Source: Eledone cirrhosa
Taxonomy: Eukaryota
Direction of reading: 5' to 3'
Assembly (NCBI GenBank): GCA_964016885.1
Contig: OZ024742.1
Coordinates: forward strand, 120,342,001-120,406,000
Length of the DNA: 64,000 nucleotides
Positions 38,637-52,164 of the stretch are shown one piece after another (the first letter of the stretch is position 1; each line of letters starts with the position of its first letter). A program made the translations under genes and the position numbers. A model generated the notes under the pieces. That model saw nothing but the letters and a program-made list of their open reading frames with translations, had not been told where the DNA came from and searched no databases.

Positions 38637-39817
38637 AATGAAGGGAAATTAAAACTAAAGTATTATACAATTTGTTTTAGGAAAACAATGACAGTTTCCA
38701 TGACCATGTTCTCAAATAATTTTGTAAATAATCAATAATTTGGGGGGGGAAGATCTGCCCACTAGCACAGACATTATTAACATTTGAATTAACAAATCTT
38801 TATTTAGATATTTTCTGCTAAATCATTACAGGGTGTTTGTTAAGTATTAAAAACAATCTACATTTCTTCATTTCAGAACATTAGCAGGCAGAAGAGCATT
38901 AACCATTAAATACAATATGCCAAAATATGCAATTTATATGGAAGAAATGCAACTGTAATCTGTATTATGAAATAGAAAAGGCAATACAAATGTAAATGAA
39001 GCATCTGTAATTGATATTTCGTTACAATTTACAAGTGATAATCACTTCTTACATTGGCACAAAGCCATTAATGTATAATAGACAGGTATAGTTCATTGAA
39101 TTTTATTACACAAGTCATGTGGAATGTAAAGTTTATTCACTTGACAGGATTTGAAACTAAAGGGATGAATCTAAAATATCATAAAACGTTTAGTCTGATG
39201 GCATACCATTTTTGCCATTCCAGCTTCCACCCACCCTCATACAACCTGGATACTATTTACTATAAATTTGAAAATTATCAATAATGCAGTTTTGATTTAT
39301 TTATACTTGCCATGATCCAATTTTGGTCACCACAGAATAGTAGTTAAACCTCTGTATATGTAATATGATTGTGTATGTGCACATGCTTGCATGTATGAGT
39401 ATGTAGGTATGTACATGTGTCAGTGCATGTGTGAGTATGAATGTGCACATGCTTGCATGTATCATCATTTGCTTTTAGATCAGCTGACTCACCAATCATC
39501 AAAAACTGCACCCTCAAATATGATCTGGCTAGTCATAGCAAAGAATAATTTCTGACAATGTAGACATTAAGGCTTTTAGCATCCTATTGACAATATCCTT
39601 TAGTGAAAACTTTTTCTCAGCTTTCCTAATAGCTGTGTACGCACTTACTGCTTCGGTTCATTCTGCTGTTTCATATTGCTGCCATTTCATTTACGCTGTT
39701 CTATTCATTAAACATGCCATACCACTGCATATGTGCCATCTGTTCCTTTTGTCAATGACTTGCATCAATAAACACACATATACACATGCACTCACCTACA
39801 CATGCTCACACACACAC

Positions 39818-39853
<36 letters not shown>

Positions 39854-40700
39854 ACACACACACACACACACACGGTATCTCAGTTCTCACCAACCATTCT
39901 TGCTATCAGCATAATGTTAGTGAAATACAAAGTAAATCGAGCATGAAACGAAGGAATAAAGCAAGGAGAAAGGCAGCAATGGAGAATGGTAATTAGAAGC
40001 TAGGCCTGGGGGACCAGAATACTGAATTGCACAACAAGGAAGAAAACAGAACGAGTTGACTAAAAATGTTAAAGGGAAAATGTGATGTTTGCACAGTTTA
40101 GGATTTAGATGTGACATTTATTTATGAAAGAAAACCAGTGAAGACCAATGCTGCCCATGACCAAAACTGAGATAAATAAAACCCAAAATGAAAAGCTCTA
40201 TTAGAATAAATGATCTTTCTCTTATAGGATTATCTATTGAATTGAGAAGGATTGAATGGAGAACTCAATGGAAAAGAGAAAATAAGTTAGAGAAAGATAG
40301 AGGGATAAAGAGGAAGGTAAAAGAGATTAGATAGAGGATAAAGATAAGGAAAAGAAGGCTAGTAAAGAGTATTGTGTTACAATAGATGTACAAAGCAGAA
40401 ATTAGTGTTTCTAATGCTATGCTGGCTTGAAACATTCTATTCGGATTGATTTCAATGCCACATTAAAATAAGTGTTGTTTCGTTCCAGCTTATTTTAATC
40501 TCTTCTAGAGATCCCATCTTGAATTAGCAGAGCTGTTGTTGTTGTTTGGTAGTCTTGTGGAACAAATCTAAAGTACAGATAGAGTTTTTCAAATAATAGT
40601 TAGTGATGTACAGATTCTTCAGCAAACGCAGTATGCTTTGGTTTAGTCTCAGAACAATTCTTATGTGCAATTTGGTTTTTGTGAGTTACAGAGTAATAAT

Positions 40701-40887
40701 TGTTTCTACTATTGGCACAAGGCCAGAAATTACCCAGTGCATTGCTGGTACTTTATTTTATCGACCCCGTAAGGATGAAAGGCAAAGTTAACCTCGGCGG
40801 GATTTGAACTCAGAATGGCAAGGGCCGTAACTCTATGTGTCAAAGCATGGCGTCCGACCCTCAACCGATACTGCCAATCCACCGCCC
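40701..40887 (-). mobile_element. Young SINE (short variant)
   Basis: 18-bp TSD GAGTTACAGAGTAATAAT at 40683-40700 and 40888-40905. Confidence 0.92.
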
Positions 40888-41259
40888 GAGTTACAGAGTA
40901 ATAATAATTTAAAGTGTGTTATAGTTGGTTATCTAGCCTGCTTTAAAAGATGTATATATGTACTTACTGCAGCAGTGATAAATGATAAATTAAACCATTC
41001 AGAGGTAATCATGGTGAATTAAACCAGTCAGTATATGAGAAACAATTAAGAATTGATGAAATATCCAAAATACTGCCATCTCTCTTATATAATTTTTTTA
41101 CTCATATAGTAATGAGTTCTTACATGCTCTTTGCTTAACATACTTGTTAACAGAATAATCTATTCACTGTCTACATCATGCAAAATAGCTATGTCATCTA
41201 CAAACGTCTGTTATTTTTAGAGCCAGTAGTTCCTAAACTGGTTACTAGAGAGGACATTC

Positions 41260-41465
41260 TGGTTGACAGAGCATCGGACAACATGCTTTGCAGCATCGAG
41301 TTACGGCCCTTTACTTTCTGAGTTCAAATCTCACTACGGTTAGTTTTGCCTTTCATCCTTACAGGGTCGATAAAATAAAGTACCAGTAACTAACTGGGGT
41401 CAATCTAATTGACTTTCCCCTCCCCCAAAATTGCTGGCCTTGTGCCTAAATCAGAGACGATTATT
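41260..41465 (+). mobile_element. SINE (long variant)
   Basis: Box B, core and tail are present. Confidence 0.87.
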
Positions 41466-42609
41466 AGGAAAAGTTTCCTTTTAACAAAGATGCTGCTAGG
41501 TTCATTGACACCTTTTTGAAATGTCTTCCTCTATCATTATTTGAAGTGTTGAGTAACCCCCTCTTCCAATGTAATAGAGTAGAAGACACTACAATCGAGG
41601 TGTAAAACAAAAACTAAGAATCAGTGGGTTGAAAATATTTGAGCATATGCTTTTGAAATATTTTAAAGTAAGACAAATGGATCTAAATTCAATTTTGAGG
41701 GAACATACAATTTTTGTGTGTCAGTGTTTTATCCCAGTGTTTTGATAATATTTTATAAAGATAAATCCATATTCCCAAACACAAAGAATACCTGCTTGTT
41801 TTAGATAATAATTCACATAGTAGATGTCACAAAAGCTTTACTTCTACACAGAATTTTCTTTCTATAAATTACACTTGCTTTTGTAATAGTTGCCAACAGT
41901 CCAGGGAACAATATATACAATGAGTAATGAGAGCCCTGTTTTTGAATTATCTCACAATTTCAATTTATGACCAGTAATAGTTTTAACCCTTCAGTATATA
42001 TTCGCTTTAACTTACCATAAATGTTGATTAATGACAATAACTGAGTCAACTTGAGGTAGACTATTTTCCTTTTATTCATTGCAATAACATTTGCTTGCTT
42101 TTTATTTTTATCTTCTATTTTTGTTTTCACTTGTGCAGGAACAATGGTTTCTACTTTACTGCAGTGATCTTTAACATATTCCTTTACTTTCCAAAACACT
42201 TAACATCTCTCGTTCACTCCTCTTTCAACAGTTGAACAACAGTTTTCTATTTTTTACATTGCTTTAGAACAGAATTAAGCTAGTGATTTATCTTCATCTT
42301 TAGCTTTTAAATTAATTGGTTGAGATGATTCACACCTTTCATTTGAAATATCTTTATATTCTAACATAAATAAAACCAAACATATTCTATAGGGCTTAAA
42401 TGAAATTAAAGGATGAGCTGCAGGGTAATATACTTATTTATTATATAATAAATTGTAAACAATAATGTTACAGGTTTCCAACAGACCAAACACAAATTCA
42501 ATGCATTTTGATAATGAGTGTCTAACTAGAAGCTAGGAGCTGTGTTCATAAAATGATGGATTTTCAGTTTATTTGGTGATGTTTGTATCCTATACCAATA
42601 TAAATCACA

Positions 42610-42750
42610 CGCACACAGCTTCTGTACAGTTTCTGTCAACAAAATTCTATTCACAAGGTATTGAACAACAAGTGCTGTGCAGTGTGTTTAAACACAGCAC
42701 CACATAATTGTGAAGCTAAAACTTTAAGCACATGGCCATACCTCCTGTGC
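42610..42750 (-). mobile_element. Old SINE of a third family
   Basis: Reverse-complement similarity to 62238-62385 (GGC.CAGG..TGGC..TGTG head; CCTTG.GA.T.GAA.TT.GT.GACAGAAA.TG tail). Confidence 0.55.
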
Positions 42751-42814
42751 CCAAAGTAATAACAGGATCTTGCCAAGAATGATACAAGCAAACCTTTGAG
42801 TTAATACACAATAA

Positions 42815-43346
42815 TCTAAACTATAATAAAGGAAGGTCTGCGGCACTGCGTACGGTTTATTTTTTTATCCTGTTAGTAAAATAAGTTGGATTACTTTGAA
42901 TAAATAATGAATGAATATTACATAATTTATCTACTAAATTTCGTAAACAAAAATAATTTTGTAAAAATAAATAATTTAAAGTTGACTTCTTTTCAAAGTT
43001 GCACTTCCAGTATATCGTTGCCACCACCACCACCACTTCAACTACCATATATATAGAAAGAGAGAGTGTGTGATGTCAACACTTCCGGTGGCGATCACTT
43101 AAATAAACATACTAATTTTCTGTCACTAATTTTCTCCTAATGCAGTTTATATATAATATCGTCTTTTTTTAATGTATCATGGATTACGTTACTGATTACA
43201 TAAGATTCGTTCAATTTCAGTTTATATTGTCAATTACGATTTTATTTGATGTATCATATCTACATGTATATATAGTTGCGTATAATATCAATATACACAC
43301 TACACGTGCTAGCAGAAAACCACCCGAAGGGTGGTTTTTCTGCTAG
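42815..43346 (+). mobile_element. Non-autonomous Helitron (family 2)
   Basis: A|TCTAAACTATAATAAAG 5' end; 3' end CTAGCAGAAAACCACCC-GAA-GGGTGGTTTTTCTGCTAG|T. Confidence 0.88.
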
Positions 43347-43910
43347 TCATAATAATAATCTTTATCAAAGGCACAAAGCCAGAAATGGGGGGGGGGGGCA
43401 ATCAATTAAATCTAGTCCCAGTACTTGATTGGTAAATTTGACATAAGCAGGATTTTAATTTGAAACATAGTGAGCCAGAACACATACTGCTAGACAGTTT
43501 GTCCAATGATCTAATGATTCTATCTATCCTCCTACTTTCTAAATAATAATAATAATGCTTTCTTTATTTATTTTAATAATAATAATTTCTAACATAAGTA
43601 TGTAACAAGTCATGGGAGAAGGTTATAGCAAAAATATTTAACCCTGCAACTAGACTGATACTATTTTACCAACTCTAGAGGATGAAAGACAAGCTTGATT
43701 CTGTATTTAATCACAGAACATACAAGGTCATAAAATACTGCTATTAGTGATGTTCAAACTTGCACTACATGTAAATAAGCAGTCACCAAAAATAGTTTTT
43801 ATACCTCAACATTTGGACTTAAGAAGATGAGTGCTTATAAACTGTAATGGCAATGAAATACATTCATAACTCTTACCCCAATGTTAAGGTAGCTGCAACA
43901 TGATCCCAGC

Positions 43911-44354
43911 TCAACCTTTTACATACTAAACCATCTGAAAGCACCCAATGGTTCTATGTTACTAGGCTATTCATTTTAAATGCCTTACATCAGAATTTTA
44001 TTTAAGAAACTATGTTAAGCTATGCTCCAAACACGAGCTTAATAATAAAAAAGTTAGTTATATTTCTAAATCCTTCTAATTTCCTAATTATTTTTTTTAA
44101 AAAATCTCAAATTAATAAGCAATACTTTCCATTAAAAATATAATTGTTTCTACTTTTGGCACAAGGCCAGTAATTACCCAGTGCATTACTGGTACTTTAT
44201 TTTATCGACCCCGTAAGGATGAAAGGCAAAGTTTACCTCGGTGGGATTTAAACTCAGGCGATAAAGGACTGTAACTCTATGCTGCAAAGCATGGTGTCCA
44301 ACTCTCTACCGATACTGCCAATCCACCACCATTAAAAATATAATAAAAGGTTAA
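43911..44354. mobile_element. Older TTAA-type MITE interrupted by a SINE (44145-44328, minus)
   Basis: TCAACCTTTT...AAAAGGTTAA ends. The SINE TSD CCATTAAAAATATAAT lies at 44129-44144 and 44329-44344. Related sequence occurs at about 20600-20790. Confidence 0.6.
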
Positions 44355-44415
44355 AATACTCATAGCGAGAGAAAAAGTGTTTACTATATTATTATTATTA
44401 GTAGTATTATTATTA

Positions 44416-45102
44416 AGGGTGGTGGATTGGCAGTATCGATAGAGAGTCCATGCTTTGCAGCATAGAGTTACGGCCCTTTATGATCTGAGTTCAAATCTCG
44501 CTGAGGTTAACTTTGCCTTTCATCCTTTCGGGGTCGATAAAATAAAGTACCAGTCACGCACTGGGGTCGATTTAATCAACTTTCCCCTCCCCCAAAATTG
44601 CTGGCCTTGTGCCTATATAAGAAACCATTATTAAAAACTATGACAATAATTGCTTCTACTTTTAGAACAAGGCCAGCAATTTGAAAGGAAGGGGAAAGTC
44701 GATTAAATTGGACCCAGTGTGTTAACTATTCTTTACTTTATCAACTCTGTAAGGATGAAAGGCAAAGCTAACCTCGGTGGGATTTGAACTCAGAATGTAA
44801 AAGGACATAACTATATGCTGCAAAGCATGTCCTCCGATGCTCCACCGAAACTGCCAATCCACTGCCCGAAGAGCTATAATAATAATGGTTTTTGATTTAG
44901 GCACAGGGCCAGCAATTTTGAGGGAGGGGAAAGGTGATTAAATTAACCCCAGCATGTTACTTATCCTTTACTTTATTGACCCCCTTAAGGATCAAAGGCA
45001 AAGCTAACCTCAGTAGGATTTGAATTCAGAACAATGAGACATAACTCTATGCCACAAAGCATGTTGTCCGACGCTCTACCGATACTGCCAATCCACTGCC
45101 CT
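44416..45102. mobile_element. Cluster of three long-variant SINEs (plus 44416-44632; minus 44645-44867; minus 44886-45102)
   Basis: Each shows head, core and tail. AAGAGCTATAATAATAA is repeated at 44869-44885 and 45103-45119. Confidence 0.9.
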
Positions 45103-46156
45103 AAGAGCTATAATAATAAAAAATAAATAGAAGATATTTTTTTCTTTTCCTTTTTTCATGCTTGTTGTTCATGTATTATGAGAATAAGATCTGAAAGTAA
45201 CTGAATACCTTGGTGAAACCAAAAACATAGTAAGTGTGTAGTCTTGTTTCAAATTAAGTAAGAAAACTGGGAAAGGCAAACATTAACTTTGACTAATTAA
45301 AATCCTTTTACTGACACAAGTGAAATAAAATAATTTTTTTTATTGATTTACAACCTGAAAATGCTAATAAAGAAAAACCCATTACATGAAAACACAAAAC
45401 ACTGTATTTAATAAATGACTGATAAGTTTCAGGAAGCCGGTGCAATGTGATAGAAATAAATAAAGGGCAAACAATGACAAATAAAACAAAAAGTAGTGGT
45501 ATTGTTTTTTGACCCAGTATATTTGAAGATAATATTTTAGAGTTATTACGTTCTTTTCAAATGTAAAAACAAAAAACAGTTTAAAACAAAATGAATGATT
45601 GATGTGTTCTTCCCTAACTGGTTTAAGTGTCCAGAATATACATGCATGGAACAGGTATAGTAGCCACTCTACACTGTGCATTTCTAATCTAATATCCATT
45701 TGTAGCTTTTGCATGTAAATATTGTTGATTTTAATATGATCAAACAAACATCATGTTCACATGTTACCAAAATATCAACATAAATAAAGATTAAGTTACC
45801 AGCCAAATCTAACTAAAAGCACTCATTCCCCTTCCTTTTCAAAAAGACAAGCATCCAAGTTAATGTAGTCCTAAATACCTTAAACAAAGCCAGATAGCCA
45901 CAGTTGTCTTTAATAAGTCAGCTCAATCAGAGATGACCTAAATTTAAATAATGACACTACAGTTTCAATCTAAAAGAACTTTCAGAATGATATATTGACA
46001 ACAAATTTTCAACTTTAAACTTACAAGGTTTTTTTTTAATTAATTAGGGGGTAATGGCATTCTTTACAATCATAGAAACAAAATTTATTCCTAGCATTAA
46101 AAAATCAAAACACTTTAAAGAAACAGATCCTGTTTTCAAGATAACATCAAGAAATA

Positions 46157-46345
46157 CCCAGCCCACACTGTAAAGTGGTTGTGTGGAAGTCACGGCAAAA
46201 AGCACCCAGCGCACACTGTAAATGTGGTTGACATTAGCAAGAGCATCCAGCAAGAGAAAACCAGCCAAAAACAGTCCTATATGAGTGAGACACGGTCACC
46301 CATCTAACCCATGCTCGTGTGCAAAATAAACGTTGAACAATGATG
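46157..46345 (+). mobile_element. RTE 3'UTR fragment
   Basis: CCCAGCCCACACTGTAAAGTGG subrepeats and the shared terminus. Confidence 0.8.
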
Positions 46346-47152
46346 AATTCATATTAGTGGCTTTTTCTATTGGTTTGGGAGTGAAACTGTGCCCATGGCT
46401 TTTGCAAGAACTCTGAGACCAAGCTAGACAACTGCAAGAAGGGAATTCCAAAAAGCCAACATTCTGGAGAGGAATGACTAAGCCTAGTGGTTGGTAGGTA
46501 AGGAAATTCGATAGAAAAACAGCATGATCAGAGTGATGGAATTGCAATAAAAATTGGTAAGAGAGAGCAGGTGATGAATAGCAATAGAGATGGGAGTTGA
46601 TGAATGAGAGAGATAGAAATCACAGGAGAAAGGAAGATGGTTAGTGGCAAAGGTGTTAACTATGGTTAAATCTGCTGCAGAGAAAGTCAGATTGCAAGTG
46701 CAACAGCAGGAAAATGAGCTCAGGAAGTACAGTCATCATCTCAAAAAAACTTAAGAGACATTTTAGGGAGCTCAGATGGAAAGACACCAAGATAGAGAAA
46801 AATGCACAAGAAAATTGAAGATACCTGTTAATGAAAATAAAACATAAAAACATATACCGATAACCAGAAACACAGGCAAAAACAGGTTAACAACTCAAGT
46901 GCAAAATAAAAGAACAAGAAATTTTAGCAAAAAAACTTTTAATGAAATGAAATTGAAATATCTTTGTTCGTGTAGTGAAATAAATTCTTTGGATACTAGA
47001 GCAGAGAGATTTTCAATTAGTTGTACCATTATTTTATTACATGTTTTATACATATCAAAATGAAATAAAGGAAAAGAAGAATAGGAGAAATGAGGCAAAC
47101 ATTTGTAGTAAAATTTGCTAATGAGAGTCAAGAATTGGGGTTCTGAAATAAT

Positions 47153-47330
47153 TGTTTCTACGTTAGGCACAAGGCCAGCAATTACCCAGTGCATTACTTT
47201 ATTTTATCGACCCCGTAAGGATGAAAGGCAAAGTTAACCTCGGCGGGATTTGAACTCAGAATGGCAAGGGCCATAACTCTATACGTCAAAGCATGGCGTC
47301 CGACCCTCTACCAATACTGCCAATCCAACC
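47153..47330 (-). mobile_element. Young SINE (short variant) inside the Helitron
   Basis: 20-bp TSD AATTGGGGTTCTGAAATAAT at 47133-47152 and 47331-47350. Confidence 0.92.
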
Positions 47331-49058
47331 AATTGGGGTTCTGAAATAATGTGCTGCAACAAGATTAAAAAATAAAACTGACAGAAAAAAAAAAAATAGA
47401 AGACTTAAGCCAAAGTGTCGCAACAAGATTAAAAGATGAAACTGAAGAACAAAGATATGAATGGTGAGCAAGTGAAAGAATAAGAGCAAGTGAAAGAATA
47501 AGAGCCACTGAAAGAATACAAAATGAAATATAATGTTATAGAATAACCAGGAGATATCGTAATGTTAAGAACATGAGGTAAGTATGGCATGACAGAATGT
47601 AATACATAAATCATTTAACATTTTATGAAACAAATACTGAGTATCATTCCTGTGGAGAATTTAATGCAATATGTTAGTTTTATTAAGAAAAACACTTTCT
47701 TGCTGAGAAAATTTCACAGATCTTGCTGATCGCTTTACAAATGTTTCAAATAGTAAAGAAGCATGTTGGGCATATGGTTATATCACCATCTTTATATCAG
47801 AAATCATCTCACAACATGAAAGAACATTATCATTATTCAATGGAAGATCTGGGTGATCTTATAATGATATGCAACCCATCGTGGCCAGAAATAAAAAGAT
47901 GACCTATTTTTTATGCAAAGTATTTCAAATTATCTTGATTTAGTCGCTTGAATACTCAAATTCATATTAAGTTTACTACCTGAAGATATAGTTACACAAT
48001 TCTCTTTTGAATTTGTCCAAGCATTGTAAAAAAATTAGATTAATGCACCATGTGGTAAAGCAAATTCCAATGTATCATGTATAGAAAACAATATATGATT
48101 AAAAAGATTTCATAAATATTTCAGAAATGACACAACATCTAAGGTAGACAGATACACTCTTTACAAAAACCATTGTACTAAGTATGTCAAGATAGTAATC
48201 ATCAAGTTGACAACTAAAATGTTACACCATGCAACAACATTTCACATAAAAATAAAACTGCCACATCAATAATGAAATTTTCTCATCCATAAACTCGTCA
48301 TCGTCGTCGTCATCATCGTCGTCGTTTAACATCCATCTTCCACGCTAGCATTCAGTAAATTATATCTTCAAGCACAAGGTTACATATGACTGGGTACAAA
48401 TTTATATACAAGAACATAAGGTTTTTATTCATGATCATGTAGTATATAAATGGCTATGTCAGTCCTCCAGAAGTAATGTGGACATTGTATGTAGCACATA
48501 AATGGCTGTCAGTTCTCCAGAAGTATTGTGGACATTGATGGAAGTCATATACTGGGATTAATCTCTAAGTGCATCCTTGAATGTCAACAATCAGTTTACT
48601 TTCAAGGGGTTAAAAGTGAGGCATTTGAAAATGGCTAAAACAGAAACACTCTCCACATGGAATGGTTCAAAATAAATGAAACTGTACCCCTACTCTCAAA
48701 TTCATTACCATTATGACTTTAACAATTGAACATCATAAAAACATAATACATGGAGGAGACAAAATAATCCCTAGAATGTAAGAAATACATCCAAAAGGAA
48801 ACAGATTTTAATTCAGGTTATCATTATTGTGTGTAAAAGAAGTCACAAGCTTTGAAGACATTTGCACTCATAACGATGCTATTCACAACATTCACAAAGC
48901 AGTAACTGAAAGCTAAGTAATGATGAGGATTGGCTGAGAAGTAGTCAAAGACATAATGCCTCTCCAAACTGGAAAATGGCGAAGAATGGCTGTGATATAT
49001 ATGAGAAGCAGTAAAAAACTGAATACCTCTCCAACTGGGAAAATGTGGTTGTGATATA

Positions 49059-50358
49059 CAGGGTGTGGACGATATTTGTTCGCAATTTTCAACTGCTAAT
49101 TTTATGCAATTTTTTTTTTACTTCCGTTGTCACTCTTGTCTTCATAAAAACAGTGACTATATTTCAATTATTTATTTTCAGAATAATTGATTATGAACCT
49201 CCAAATTTGTGGAAGAGACACGGAGTTCTTCTTGGAATCCGCGGCGGGAGGACAAATAAGGAAATTTCAGACTTTCTCAGCGTCAGCAGCAGAATGGTGG
49301 AAAAGGTCAGAAAGGAATTGGAAGATTCAGGATTCGACTACGAAGCAACATCAGTGAGGAAAACCCATGATCGATGATCTGACGCCTTCAGAACGCCCGA
49401 GTTCGTCGCTGAAGTTCAGGATATGATCAACAATGAACCTAGCAAGTCGATGCGTGCCATTGCAAGGGAGAAAGGCGTGGATGAAAAGCTCATTAGGCTG
49501 GTGGTACATGAAGACATTCGCTACGTTTCATACAAGATGAGGAAAGGACAATTTCTGTCAAAGGCAATGCAAGAAAAGCGACTGAAGCACGCAAAGAAGC
49601 TGATCAACAAGTTGAAACACCCACTGGAGCCATACATGCTGTGGTTTTTCGCCGACAAGAAAAAAATTCTGCCAAGACCAGAAGATCAACTCCCAGAACA
49701 ACAGGTGGCGCGCTGTCTCATCCAAAGACGTGCCACAGAGTCATGCAGACAAAGTTTCCAGCGACAACATTGGTGTTAGGTGTCGTCAGCAGTCAAGGTG
49801 ACATCATGCCACCTCACTTCTTCCCTGAGGGCCTCAAGCTGAACACCGATGGCTACATCCGCGTTCTGAGCGAGGTAGTAAAGCCCTGGATCGACCAGGT
49901 AGCTGCAGGTAGGCCGTACGTGTGGCAGCAAGACTCAGCACCCTGCCATACCAGCCGAAAGACCCAAGCCTGGCTGTCATAGAACTTCGTCAACCACACT
50001 TCACCTGACATCTGGCCTCCCAGCTCGCCTGACTGCAACCCCCTCGACTTCTTTGTGTGGGGCGCAGTGGAACGAGACACCAACAGATCTAGCTGCAATA
50101 TGAAAGACCATTTTAAGGCCAGGATCACAAGTGCTTTTAGGGGCCTAAGTCGGGGGACAGTGACGAAGGCCTGTAGCCGGTTCCGAGACCGCCTTGAGGC
50201 CGTCATCAAAGCCATTGGCGAGTTTATCGAGTGAGATCGAAAGAACAAGTCGTGAAGACAAACTGACCTAAGTTTGATAAATATATCTTAAAAAATAAAA
50301 CTACTGTGTTATTTTTTCCTAGACAGTAATCTTGTGAACAAATATCGTCTGCACCCTG
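49059..50358 (+). mobile_element. Tc1/mariner superfamily DD37D (maT) transposon, 1300 bp
   Basis: TA TSDs. 27-bp TIR CAGGGTGTGGACGATATTTGTTCGCAA versus CAGGGTGCAGACGATATTTGTTCACAA. Transposase motifs WFFAD, WQQDSAPCH and WPPSSPDCNPLDF, with 37 residues between the 2nd and 3rd D. Confidence 0.95.
49183..50234 (+). pseudogene. maT transposase pseudogene
   Basis: Stops at 49375-49377 and 49980-49982, and frameshifting around the A-run near 49660. The C-terminus reads CSRFRDRLEAVIKAIGEFIE*. The start position is uncertain. Confidence 0.9.
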
Positions 50359-51039
50359 TATATGAGAAGCAGTAAAAGATAGAATAACTTTCCAACCAGG
50401 AAAATTGTTTGTCATATATGTGTTCTAAATAAACTGAGTGATCTACAATCACCATTCCAACATATTGAGCAACACATTAGTCAAGATTTCATAGCAGAAA
50501 GCTCACAGCACTATTTATGATCTAAGCTGCTATGACTGAGGATTAGCTGAATGAACACTAATTGTTAATAATGACATTAATGGAGTTCATGGAGAATGGT
50601 GGTGATATTAATGTTAAAATACTGCTGATAATTATATCAAATTACAAAGTTTAAATGAACTGCAGCCTTGTGCATTTGACAGAAACATAGAAAGCTAAGA
50701 GGTTAATGATGCAAAGGTTAAGATAATAAATACCTGTACAACATGCTTATAGAATAGTGCAACATATGAGGCCAGAATGTGCTATCCTATGCAACAACTG
50801 GCATTACTGCTGATTTGATAAAGAATTAGTTCCCAATTGGCTCTGTCTCTCTATAGCCATTCTTGAAACATCATTATCAATTATACAAATTACTTCAGAA
50901 GATTCTCTCTCAAAGAAAAAAAAATGATATTCTAATGATAATAGATGAAGCCTCTGTGAATGAAAACCATAAGGAACAATAAGTCCTTCTTCTGTGCAGA
51001 GATTTATGTCAGACAGCATGTAGAGTAGCAAGAGACTTC

Positions 51040-51425
51040 AACATGAACATAATAGAGAACTACACCAAACATGGAACCACGTGGTACTCCAGCATGAACA
51101 TAATAGAGAACTACACCAAACATGGGACCACATGGTACTGCAACATTGAACTAGTAGTTGCTCGAATTCTGCAGTTCTGACCCAACATGGAACCACATGG
51201 TGATGCAGTATTCAACCAGTAGTTGCTGAAACTCTACAGTTGTCACCTAACATGGAACCACATGGTGATGTAGTATTCAACCAGTGGTTGCTGAAACTCT
51301 GCAGTTCTGACCCAACATGGAACCACATGGTGATGCAGTATTCAACAACTGGTTGCTGAAACTCTACAGTAGTCACCCAACATGGAACCACATGGTGCTG
51401 TAGTATTCAACCAGTGGTTGCTGCA
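51040..51425. repeat. Tandem repeat of about 65 bp (CCAACATGGAACCACATGGTGATGCAGTATTCAACCAGTGGTTGCTGAAACTCT..), about 6-7 units
   Basis: Directly visible. The last unit continues into helicase-like FNQWLLQI. Confidence 0.9.
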
Positions 51426-51572
51426 GATAGAAAATAGAACTATATGTATTGATGGCAGTTTGGATATGAACATTGTTGAAATAGCACAAGAAATGGTGTT
51501 GAATGAGGATATTGCAGAGACTGTAGATGGGAATTTGATGGCTGTGACAAACAACATGGATTATATTGTATA

Positions 51573-52164
51573 CTAGCAGTAGTACCCAGCATTGCACGGG
51601 ATAAGGTATTGTGAAATATATAACCGCCTTAGCTAAGTTTAGTATTGCCACAACCACGGCTGGCAAAGAAGTAAGGGTCTGGTGGTACGTAAGTAAGCAA
51701 CACTGTGGCTTAAAACGTGAGGAAGAAGTTGTATGCACTTACCAACTGTTTGGGAAATGAGTGTGAGATTTGTCTTGAGCAAGGGTGGCAGAATAACTGG
51801 AGGCAGCAGACAGCCAGACATACAGACAGATATTATAAAGGCGCGTTCTGGACGCAGAGCGAATTGTAGGAAGTGACGTAATGCAGACAGCCAGACATAC
51901 AGACAGATATTATAAGGGTGCGACGTTATATGTATGTATCTATCTAAAAAGATAAAGACTAAGAATTATAGAGAGAGATCGCTAAATCGCCTAATGCGGT
52001 CCCTAGGGCATTGAAAATTTGAATTTTTTTTTGCTCAGAACACTCCCTGAAACATAAGTATTACATGTGTAAAGTTTGAAAACAGTCGGTTGGGTGCTTC
52101 TCTAGTTTTAGGGATTCAAACTCACACACACACAGACAGACATCCTCAGTTTTATATATATAGA
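51573..52164 (-). mobile_element. Non-autonomous Helitron (ends similar to the 22904 element)
   Basis: Minus strand: A|TCTATATATATAAAACTGAGG 5' end; 3' CCCGTGCAATGCTGGGTACTACTGCTAG|T. Confidence 0.85.

Noticed and set aside
39643-39730. Possible minus-strand exon
   Set aside because: Begins with a QWYG remnant of the RTE RWYGHV motif and contains stops.
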